This document shows positions 54,285 to 64,000 of a stretch of DNA of 64,000 nt, piece by piece. The translations under genes and the position numbers were made by a program. The notes beneath the pieces are model-generated. The model did no database searches. It was not told the origin of the DNA and saw only the letters and a list, made by a program, of their open reading frames with translations. Numbering within the stretch: the first letter of the stretch is position 1; each line of letters starts with the position of its first letter. Location of the stretch: NCBI GenBank assembly GCA_964016885.1, contig OZ024741.1, positions 83,390,001-83,454,000 of the forward strand, given 5' to 3'. This DNA comes from Eledone cirrhosa. Lineage: Eukaryota.

Positions 54285-55580
54285 TATAAATGTTTACATA
54301 TATATAAAGTCATAGATATATATGTGTTTTGCAACGGGACACGCTGTGGCTCAATGAAGAATTAATAAATTAAATAATCAGAGCTATATATCATAGAACA
54401 TGTTTATAGAATCACTAGATAAAATATATACCCTTTCCTCTCCCAATTAGCATAATTAACCATATAAAAAATCCATTAGACCAAGCTATAAGAGTAAAGG
54501 CTCCTATGAAGAAGTATCCAACAAATAACCGAAAGCTGCCCCTACGCGGCGGTTACGACGGAGTATTTATAGAACATTTCGACAGCAAATATAAATCGAC
54601 CAGATATACAGGCAACTAAACATAATTAGGTGTAAAATAAACTTGGAAGAAATGTGTACATATTTAATTACCTCTACCATGGTTTCGTCCGTATTATAAG
54701 ACATCCGATAACAGGGGACATCTAGAGCTTCGGAATATCAGGAGTTTACTCAAATTTAGACAATTAATTTTCTAAAGTTATCGCGCCAAGAATACATTCA
54801 AAAATGGATAAGAATCGTGATGTGGCAGCGGTCAAGTTAGAAAGGATGTGATTAGTTGGTTACGGCTGGTAGGTTTATTGCTAGAAAGCGCAGCCCAATA
54901 CAGCCAAATTGTATCTCAACCTAACGGGAGATTATTACATATAAAGGTTTACATATATATAAAGTCATAGATATATATGTGTTTTGCAACGGGTCACGTT
55001 GTGGCTCAATGAAGAATTAATAAATTAAATAATCAGTGCTATATATCATAAAACATGTCTATAGAATCACTAGATAAAATATATACAGTTTCCTCTCCCA
55101 GTTAGCATAATTAACCATATAAAAAATCAATTAGACCAAGGTATAAGAATAAAGGCTCCTATCAAGAAATCTCCAACACATAACCGAAAGCAGCCCCTTC
55201 GCGGCGGTTAATTAATTGTCTTAATGTGAGCTAACTCCTGATGAATCCGAAGCTCTAGATCTCCCCTGTTATCGGATGTCTTAAAATACGGACGAAACCA
55301 TGGTAGAGGTAATTAAATATGTACACATTTCTTCCAAGTTTATTTTACACCTAATTATGTTTAGTTGACTGTATATCTGGTCGATTTATACATGCTGTCG
55401 AAATGTTCAATAAATACTCCGTCGTAACCGCCGCGAAGGGGCTACTTTCGGTTATTTGTCGGAGATTTCTTCATAGGAGCCTTTACTCTTATAGCTTGGT
55501 CTAATTGATTTTTTATCTGGTTAATTATGCTAATTGGGAGACGAAACGGTATATATTTTATCTAGTGATTCTATAGGCAT
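54285..55580 (-). mobile_element. Non-autonomous hammerhead-containing unit (~655-bp monomer): 1.4-mer tandem plus inverted segment
   Basis: 54285-54556 is repeated at 54940-55210. 55211-55580 inverts 54398-54768. HHR at ~54672-54744 (-) and 55235-55308 (+). (TA)n on both sides. No ORF. Confidence 0.82.
55235..55308 (+). ncRNA. Type I hammerhead with long stem II loop
   Basis: CTC-CTGATGA-ATCCG...CGGAC-GAAA-CC-AT-GG-TA-GAG, with palindromic stem III ACCATGGT. Confidence 0.75.
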
Positions 55581-55586
55581 GTATGA

Positions 55587-55637
<51 letters not shown>

Positions 55638-55639
55638 TG

Positions 55640-55826
55640 GTATTTGGGGGCAGTATCCGTAGAGGGACGGACGCCATGCTTTCCAGCATAGTTACGTCCC
55701 TTGCCATTCTGAGTTCAAACCCTGTCGAGGTTAACTTTGCCTTTCATCCTTGCGGGTCAATACAATAAAGTACCAGTGATGTACAGGGTAATTGCTGGCC
55801 TTGTGCCAAAAGTAGAAACAATTATT
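55640..55826 (+). mobile_element. SINE family 1
   Basis: tRNA-like head, GAGTTCAAACC, core and GGCCTTGTGCCAAAAGTAGAAACAATTATT tail. Confidence 0.85.
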
Positions 55827-55942
55827 GACGTTTTCAAAAATAGATCCTGGTAAAGATGAGAGAGGCTCGATGCTATCTAGTTTCATTGATACAGCAGTAA
55901 TTCAATATTTTTCTATATGTATTGTATTGTCATGTATTATAA

Positions 55943-56946
55943 CTAGCAGTGGTACCCAGCGTTGCACGGCATAAGGTATTTTGGAACGCGGGCCACCAGC
56001 AGACCTAATCATCGAAAAACTGCATGACTGGACAATATGTAAAGAAAATAAACCGAAGACACTGATGGCTGGATAATCTTTAAGATTTTCCTCGGTGAAG
56101 CAGGAAAAATGAAGGTTTTCACCTAATGCGGGCACTAGGGAATCAAGAAAACGAATTACTTTTATGTGCATAAAATGCCTAGAAATTTCGGGAAAATCGG
56201 CTAGACGTAACGCCTCAAAAAAGCCCTAAAAAGCTGAAAAAAATGAAGTTTTTCACCTAATGCGGGCCCTAGGCCATAAAAAAGTTGGATTTTGTTTGCT
56301 CACAGTATGAAGAAGAGACTGGTTAATAGATAGTTACAATTTCAAGGAAATCGGTCTGACGTAACGCTCCAAAAAATCACTAAAAACCTGAAAAAAAGCA
56401 ATTTTTTACCTAATGCGCGCCCTCGGGAATCAAAAAGTTGAATTTGTATGTGCATAACACTCCCTGAAACTTAAGTAATACACATGTAAAGTTTGAAAAT
56501 GTCGGTTGGGTACTTCTCGAGCTTTAGGGATTCAAACTGACAGACACACACACATACAGACAGAAATCCTCACGGAAGTGACGTAATGCAGACCCACAGA
56601 CATACAGACATATATTAAAAGGGCGCGTTCTGGACGCAGAGGGAATTGTGGGAAGGGACGTAATGCAGACAGCCAGACATACAGACAGATATTATAAGGG
56701 CGCGACGTTATATATATATATATATCTAAAAAGAGAAAGACTAAGAATTATAGAGAGAGATCGCTAAATCGGCTAATGTGGTACCTAGGGCATTGCACAT
56801 TTGAAATTCTTTTTGCTCAGACCACTCACTGAAACATAAGTATTACATGTGTAAAGTTTGAAAACAGTCGGTTGGGTGCTTCTTGAGTTTTGGGGATTCA
56901 AACTCACACACACACAGACAGACATCCTCAGTTTTATATATATAGA
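55943..56946 (-). mobile_element. Non-autonomous Helitron (unit 1) with internal ~135-175-bp subrepeats
   Basis: Minus strand starts TCTATATA and ends with hairpin CCGTGCAACGCTGG plus CTAG, followed by T. Three CCTAATGCG subrepeats at 56100-56450. Confidence 0.72.
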
Positions 56947-57816
56947 CTAGCAGAGTGGCCCGGCGTTGCTCGGGATTTGCTCTAGGGTTCTTATATATTT
57001 GATATATATTTATCCTTATCGAGTTTCGTGAAATAAATACGTTTGTTTATATGTTGTTATTGTGTATGCAAAAATATCTGTACACAGATATATAATTATA
57101 TATATATATATATAACCCTTATACTAAAGGGTTAAGGTATTGTTCTCAAAATAAATAATATTAAATCTATGATATTTTTATATTATGTGAGATAAAGCCT
57201 TTACCATGAAAATAATATAGAGTATATATAGAGTAATGTAAATGGTAAAGGGTTAATTCCACCAGACCATGTGAGAGAGTTTATAATCACTCACGCACAC
57301 ATACACACTCACGCATGCAAACGCACACAAACCCCCACACATATGCGCGCACGCACACCCACACGCAATAGTTATTCCACTGTCATGTATCTTTGACGCA
57401 TACAACTCTCAAAAGACGGCGTCTGTCACTCTCTCTCTCTCTCTCTCCCGCTATCCCCCTCTTTTAGTCTGTCTGTTTCTTTCACTCTCACTCTTTCTTT
57501 GTGTAACTCGTTCACATTTCTCCCCTCTATCGAAAAACTCAGTGACGAATAGGGAGAATGAGGAGGAGGAGTAGAGAGCCACCTCTTCACTTCGCCGTTT
57601 CTTTCTCTCCCTTCTCACTCCCTCATTATGTACAGACATTGTCCATTTCACTAATTCGATCCCTAGGGCAGAATAATTTGAATTTGTTTTTGCTCAAAAC
57701 ACTTCCGGGGCCATACGGGTTACATGTGTACAGTTTGAAAAAAAAACGGTTGGGTACTTCTCGAGTTTTACGGAAACAGACACACTGACAGACATCCTCT
57801 GTTATATATATATAGA
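56947..57816 (-). mobile_element. Non-autonomous Helitron (unit 2)
   Basis: Minus strand A|TCTATATA ... hairpin CCCGAGCAACGCCGGG ... CTAG. Its 5' region is homologous to unit 1. Confidence 0.72.
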
Positions 57817-58224
57817 TAATATTAATACTTGTTTATTCCTGTTCGAGATGTTTCGTGTCATTGGAAGTCATTTTATTAAGAAAAAATGTTTTTAACCTAG
57901 AATTCATACAAAGTTATAAACCTTCTTTTACATGTTTATTCTTATTTTTATATATATTTCTATAAGCCTAACGCACAATCGACTAACTACTATGCTTTAT
58001 TTTCTGGTCAATATGCACACTCATATGCTCATGTAATTTGTAACCATATGTCTATTAATGTATTGATGTACAGAAGTGGTACATTTTGATATATTGTTTT
58101 TAAAACTGATTTTGCTTTGCTGTTGCTTATGATTACAACGTATTAAATGGCATGGCATGAAAATCATCTATATTATGAAGTTTTCTCTCATATGTAATCC
58201 TCTTGAAACCTCTAGCAATATATA

Positions 58225-58313
58225 AATTCCTGAAGATTTGTAGAGCGAGGGAGAGATACCTCGTAGTTGTACTGATATGGCCCACCGCTTTACATTGAAA
58301 CATACGTAAGATT
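58225..58313 (+). ncRNA. Hammerhead motif with long stem II
   Basis: CTGAAGA-TTTGTAGAGCG...CGCTTTACATT-GAAA-CATACG-TA. Confidence 0.6.
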
Positions 58314-58467
58314 AAATATGTTTTAAGTATAACTTGGTTATGCCCTCTCTCTATTAGTAAATATCTCTCTATATATATACGTGTGTTTCTGTGTGTTTAT
58401 ATATATGTATGTGCAGTGTGTGTATATATGTATATATACACGTGTGTGCGGATGTGAGTATATAAGT

Positions 58468-58740
58468 GGAGGTACGTGGCCTAGTGGTAAGGTTGTTGGA
58501 CTTACGATCATAATGTGGGTTCGATTCCTGTGTTGCGTGTTGTGTTCTAGAGAAAAACGCTTCATTTCACGTTCCTCCAATATAGTCAGCTGAAAATGAG
58601 AAACAGCACTAGCTGGGGATTTAACCATGCGATGGACTGGCGTCTGTCCAGGGGGGCAGTTTTGTACTCTCAGTCGCTTCACGGCATGAAGCCGCGATAA
58701 GCACCAGCCATATGAGCCTTCTGGCTTCAGACAGACTTTA
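58468..58740 (+). mobile_element. tRNA-derived SINE family 2 (CORE-like and V-like segments)
   Basis: A-box TGGCCTAGTGG, B-box GGTTCGATTCC; GCGATGGACTGGCGTCTGTCCAGGGG resembles the V-SINE domain as recalled. Confidence 0.75.
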
Positions 58741-58760
58741 GACTTTCGATATTTATATGT

Positions 58761-58840
<80 letters not shown>

Positions 58841-59912
58841 CATATATACATATATACTCACACATACACACTCAGGCAGACGAAGTAGAAGGAGGAGGAG
58901 ATATTTAAAATATTTAGTGATCAACTACTATATCGATCGACAAACTACTTCCGTATCATTTCTTTGGCTGTAATTGAATCGTTGATTACTAAAGTTTTTA
59001 ATCTTTCTTGCTAATTAAACCGGATGATGTTGCCGGACGTCTTACGACACAATTTAATGACATACGCTAGCCATTGAAATACGTATTTTGTATTTAGGGA
59101 ACATGAAAGTTATATTTATATTCCAAACTTTTTTTCCCATTGTTTGTTTTTTTTCTTTTTCTTCCCGTTCTTTCATTTTATCATTCTTTATCTTTCTATG
59201 TTATCTTCTATTTCTACCCCAATCTCCTTATGAAGAACTAGTGTTCCAAACGTTGAGAAACTGTTCTTGCTATTTCAAGCGTTAAACCAATATATTTCTT
59301 CAATGTACTGTCTCGTTTACTTTGTTATTTCTGTTTAATTGTTTATACATACATTCAAACACACACACACACACGCACACACACAGACACACACACATAT
59401 ATATATAAATATGTAACTATATATATATGAGTATATAGGTACCTATATATATAAATACGTGTGTAGACACGTGTGTATAGACACGTGTGTATGTCTGTTT
59501 CTGTGTGTGTATGTGTGTGTGTGTAATGTTTCTGTCACAACACCACCTAACAAAAAAGAAGATGGTTAACCGCAACTATAATTATTCAGCCACAAAGCAC
59601 AAGGCAAGCCACGAGATCCTCATAACACAGAAATACATCAATAGCGAATTTAAAACCGAAAGCCTCATGAAAAGCCCCACCTACACTGCGAGGGAAAACT
59701 TCTTCAAGCCTCAATTGCCATTGGTATTCGTCTTCCCTCAATGGCGTTCGCTACCAGACAAGTTAGAACCATACATTCTGCAGATCTATTAATCATAAAA
59801 CACAAAACCATCGTTTTATGTGGCTGTTGTACACACACCCAACACACACACATTCACACATGGACACACATGCTCTCGCTCACACATACACAGGCACACA
59901 TGCACGCATCTA

Positions 59913-59979
<67 letters not shown>

Positions 59980-60026
59980 GTATATATACATACATGCATA
60001 CATACATACATACATACATACATACA

Positions 60027-60630
60027 CGGTGGCTGCAAACTCGTTTTCGAGTACGGCCACTACTTTATATCCATGTAGGAGAACCCCTACCGATGCGCTG
60101 AACGAGTGACTTTTTAGTCCAGCCTGCGACTTGAAAATTCTGGTACAAACACTACACTTGTGACAATTATTGACACATAGTGCTGGGCCCATGGTACCAT
60201 GTGACGACAAGTGCAGAGAGATCTCCAGATACAAAGCAATGCCTGTGCTGTGAAGCATTTATAGTGAGCAAAGGCACTGCACAAAGCCAGTCCCACTCTC
60301 TTAACCAAGATGATATTTACCAAAAAGAAGAACACGTCAACATCATTGGATACCATCAGAGTTGCAGGTGTTATATCACAGTTTTCCTTCTCCTAGAATT
60401 CTGCCTTGACAAAGGCTAAGGGGTCATCTCTCCCGGTGATTTTGGATGGCCATTGACTCTTAAGAGCTCCTTGCCCTTTGACAGGTTTTGTTTTTAGTCC
60501 TGCAGGATGTCCAAAGTCACCCTCCTCACCAAGAAACCTTGGTGGTGTTGCCAGTTTAGTCACCAACGACCCGACCATGAGACAGGTTGTACTGGAATAC
60601 ATGTTACCAGTAGCACCAACTGGTGACCTG
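60027..60630 (-). mobile_element. Internally deleted non-autonomous RTE derivative inside (CATA)n
   Basis: Minus strand: RTE-like 5' region (CTAGGAGAAGGAAAACT) joined to a C-terminal CSVCTRIFKSQAGLKSH zinc-finger remnant and a (TATG)n tail. Confidence 0.65.
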
Positions 60631-60865
60631 ACATACATACATACATACATACATGCATACATACATACATACATACATACATACATACATACATACATAC
60701 ATACATACATACATACATACATACATACATACACACATGGCGACCGTTGTGGTCAGTGTCCGATAATTGGACGTGTGTAATTACGGCTTACATGAAGGCA
60801 ACATACCATATATTGGAAAAAGTTGAGCTACATTACGCGGTAAGATTACATACAATAATTCTACA

Positions 60866-61140
60866 TAAGTGTTTGAACTGTAAGTGTGTTGTAAAACACC
60901 TATTTATATGAACGATACATACACTTTAACATATAAATGCAACGTTGTTATATTACATTTATAAAGAAATATAAAAGTAACGTTTTCGATTCAGAAACAA
61001 AAATATAAGTGTTTGAACTGTGAATGTTGTGAATATGTTGTAGAACACCTATTTATATGAATGATACATAAACTTTAACATATAAATACAGCGTTGTTAT
61101 ATTATATTACATTCGTAAAGGAATATACTAAGTAACGGTT
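60866..61140. repeat. Tandem duplication of a ~140-bp unit
   Basis: TAAGTGTTTGAACTGT...AGTAACG at 60866 and 61006. Confidence 0.85.
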
Positions 61141-61342
61141 CTTTTTGTTCTCGATTCAAACGATTCAAGAACAACGTTTAAAACACAGTTGTAGAATTAA
61201 AAACTAACTGAAAAGAAATATTACCCAAGCTGTGAATAACTTTAAATTTGATTCTGACAGAACTTTGTCGTAACTTTTAAAGAAGATCATCGACTATTAA
61301 AAAAAAATAAATACAAAATATTAGTGAATAGACGAACTCATC

Positions 61343-64000
61343 ATGGCAAAAAGTACAAGTCTCCTTCGACCAAATCGCAATTACAACCGTTGTATACAGT
61401 GGAGCTACGAGCTTAACAAAGAATTATATGAAGCATACAAACAATCTGAACCCCAAAAGTTCGGTTTTATGCAAAGGCTAAAAACTTTATGGAACTCCAA
61501 ACACCCAGAATTAGACTTTTCTCCAAAGCATCTAAATGAACAGGCAAAACGTATCATTAGATGTAAATTGATACATCTAACGGAATCGAGTGATACTACA
61601 AATACAGCCCTTGTAGACAACCACCCCACCTCCACTGACAGACAAAGAGAATGGCCGGCTAAATCTAACAGTGAACAGCTCACCAACAATTTTGCTGAAA
61701 TCCATCCCACTTCCACTGAAGAACAGCGAGAAAGGTCAGCTGACTCTAGTAGTAATTGTCACCACATCAACAACGAGGCTGCAATTCATGACTCTACTGA
61801 ACAAACAGAGCACCAAAAACTTGTGGGCACCCTACAAGTGATATGGAACGATATGTTTCAAGAGATACACAGCCTTAATGTGAGTGACAGACCATACAAC
61901 ACTAGAGTCAGTAAAGAACCCACTAAATTGGAATTGGAAGCGGTGAACGAAATAGCTGGCAATTATCTGAAGGCTATACGATCTAAAGGTGTAGAAACGA
62001 CATTTGAAACGCTCAATGTTTTGTTATATGTTTCAGCTGTCACATTGCTATCATATAACACACATCTAAAACCACGCAATCAAGATACAAACAGAAAGCC
62101 TGAACCAGCGTGGATGCGAAATTTAAAAACCAAAATTTTGTCCCTGAGACGAAGTATCTCACACATCGCAGTCGTTATGAAATGCAACATAGAGAGAAAC
62201 TTCACACGACACCAGGAAGACCTAAATAAAAAGTTAGAGAGACGATTTGGAGATACCAAATTTAAAACTTTGAACTCCAAATTACACCAGTTGAAACAAC
62301 AACTCACAGCTACAACAGAAAGACTAAAATATAAGTCAACAGCCCATAAACGACAAGTGCTAAATAGATTGTTTGCCAGAGATCCTAAATCAGTTTATCG
62401 CAGCTTCGGTGGCAAAAGCTCAATCCCTGTAAACGACACCCCTTCAAAAGAACAGGTTGAGAACTACTGGAGATCTGTATGGGAAACGGATGACGGATTC
62501 AACAGACAAGCTAATTGGCTAAAACAACTGGAACAGGACTACTGCCAACATGTCCAGACAAAACAATATGACATAGATGGGTCAATACTGGAAACAGCTC
62601 TACAGAAAATGTCGAATAGGAAATCGCCAGGCCCAGACCTCATTACAGGATACTGGTTGAAGAATTTCACTTTCTATCGGCAAGATCTCATACGGCTGTT
62701 TACAGAAACCATTAAGGGCACACAAGAACTGCCCAGATGGTTATCAACTGCCACTACTCTCCTCATTCCCAAAAATAGCCAAACCACCCTTGCTAAAAAT
62801 TACCGCCCAATTGCCTGCCAAAACATCATGTATAAATTATATACTGGGTGCCTTAACCTGTTCTTACAAGATCACTGTGCTACCAACAACATCATAACAC
62901 CTGAGCAAGCTGGTGGAAAGAGGGAGGTGTGGGGTTGCATAGATCACCTACTAACTAACAAAATGATTCAGGAAAAAACAACAAAGAATCGCAGAAACAT
63001 GACTGTCGTGTGGCTGGACTATCAAAAAGCATTTGATAGTGTACCTCATGGGTGGATTATTAAGGCTTTACAGTTAGCTAAAGTCCCACAACCATTAGTA
63101 GCTGCTGTTGAACGCCTGACCAAGAACTGGTACACCAATTTGATCCTTAGAGGTGAGAAGGAGCAGGTTAAGACTGATAGGATACATTACCAGAAGGGCA
63201 TCTTTCAGGGTGATAGCTTGTCAGTACTACTCTTCGTTCTCTCACTGAATCCACTATCTTACCTACTCAGGAAACAAGGTGGACAAAGAAGTGGGCCCAG
63301 AAGTATCTCCCATCTTTTCTTTGTTGATGACCTGAAGTTGTATGGGCCAAATATCAATGACATCAAGAAACAATTGGACCTCATTACACAATTTTCAACC
63401 GACATCAAAATGAAATTTGGTGAGTCCAAGTGTGCATATTTGACAGTAAAACGTGGAAGAGCTGTGCCCTCCTCTAGAAATCTAGATATGAACGGCCTGA
63501 CAATACAACCTCTGCAGTCAGGTGACAACTACAGATATCTTGGACAGGATGAGAATGTCAGATATGATGGACCCATAAATAAGGAGAGAACCAGAACTGA
63601 ATACCTCAGAAGAGTAAAAAAAATATGGTCATCAGAACTGTCAGCATACAACAAATACATTGCCCACAAAACCTATGCTGTGCCAATTCTAACGCCAACA
63701 TTTGGCCTACTGAACTGGTCATTGCAAGAACTAAGTGAGATGGATGTTAGAACTCGTAAACTTCTCAGTGTTACTGGGAACTTTAACATCAATGGTGATG
63801 TGGATAGGCTATACTTCTCACGCAAGGAAGGTGGCCGGGGTCTAAAATCAATATTAACAACATATGAAACCCGGATAGTAACACTGAAGCAACACCTTCA
63901 ACATAGGAAAAAGGTTGGCGACCATCTTGCTCAGGTTTATGAGCATGAAAAAAGAAATATCATTAGAATAGCGACTGATCTGGAGGAGAGATATGGAATA
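61343..64000 (+). CDS. R4/Dong-clade non-LTR retrotransposon polyprotein (RT), open to the window end (at least 886 aa)
   Basis: ATG at 61343. N-term IQWSYELNKELY..SEP..GFMQRL..W..KHPE; KSPGPD; NYRPIAC; EQAG; WLDYQKAFDSVPH; GIFQGDSLS; HLFFVDDLK; YRYLG; DVDRLY..GGRGL. The motifs checked are all in one frame. It is absent from the ORF track, consistent with no stop before the edge. Confidence 0.92.
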   Translation, partial: MAKSTSLLRPNRNYNRCIQWSYELNKELYEAYKQSEPQKFGFMQRLKTLWNSKHPELDFSPKHLNEQAKRIIRCKLIHLTESSDTTNTALVDNHPTSTDRQREWPAKSNSEQLTNNFAEIHPTSTEEQRERSADSSSNCHHINNEAAIHDSTEQTEHQKLVGTLQVIWNDMFQEIHSLNVSDRPYNTRVSKEPTKLELEAVNEIAGNYLKAIRSKGVETTFETLNVLLYVSAVTLLSYNTHLKPRNQDTNRKPEPAWMRNLKTKILSLRRSISHIAVVMKCNIERNFTRHQEDLNKKLERRFGDTKFKTLNSKLHQLKQQLTATTERLKYKSTAHKRQVLNRLFARDPKSVYRSFGGKSSIPVNDTPSKEQVENYWRSVWETDDGFNRQANWLKQLEQDYCQHVQTKQYDIDGSILETALQKMSNRKSPGPDLITGYWLKNFTFYRQDLIRLFTETIKGTQELPRWLSTATTLLIPKNSQTTLAKNYRPIACQNIMYKLYTGCLNLFLQDHCATNNIITPEQAGGKREVWGCIDHLLTNKMIQEKTTKNRRNMTVVWLDYQKAFDSVPHGWIIKALQLAKVPQPLVAAVERLTKNWYTNLILRGEKEQVKTDRIHYQKGIFQGDSLSVLLFVLSLNPLSYLLRKQGGQRSGPRSISHLFFVDDLKLYGPNINDIKKQLDLITQFSTDIKMKFGESKCAYLTVKRGRAVPSSRNLDMNGLTIQPLQSGDNYRYLGQDENVRYDGPINKERTRTEYLRRVKKIWSSELSAYNKYIAHKTYAVPILTPTFGLLNWSLQELSEMDVRTRKLLSVTGNFNINGDVDRLYFSRKEGGRGLKSILTTYETRIVTLKQHLQHRKKVGDHLAQVYEHEKRNIIRIATDLEERYGI

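Noticed and set aside
56100-56450. Regularly spaced short repeats resembling a CRISPR array
   Set aside because: The spacers are homologous to each other, they lie inside a Helitron, the context is eukaryotic and no cas genes are present.

Overview
AT-rich eukaryotic (animal) intergenic or intronic DNA dense in (TA)n, (CA)n, (GA)n and (TAG)n microsatellites. SINE content and composition suggest a coleoid cephalopod such as Octopus (inference, not proven). No host protein-coding gene is recognisable, and most listed ORFs are microsatellite artefacts. The window is a transposon graveyard dominated by Penelope-like elements (PLEs: RT plus C-terminal GIY-YIG; several Hydra-clade-like families, plus Neptune-like and probable Nematis-like pieces) inserted at (TA)n tracts, often with inverted ends. 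It also holds a Chapaev3-like DNA transposon remnant, Tx1, RTE and R4/Dong LINEs (one Dong ORF is open for at least 886 codons to the window edge), tRNA-derived SINEs and tandem non-autonomous Helitrons. The main signal is roughly 25-30 hammerhead-ribozyme (HHR)-like motifs read by eye. They include a recurrent compensatory U3-A8 core variant and HHRs with greatly enlarged stem II. At least three unrelated ORF-less 490-660 bp HHR units are integrated as 1.x-mer tandems, resembling a large-monomer retrozyme/circRNA system riding on the PLEs. There is also a same-strand chimera of three different PLE types. All structures and alignments were read manually, and coordinates may be off by a few bases.
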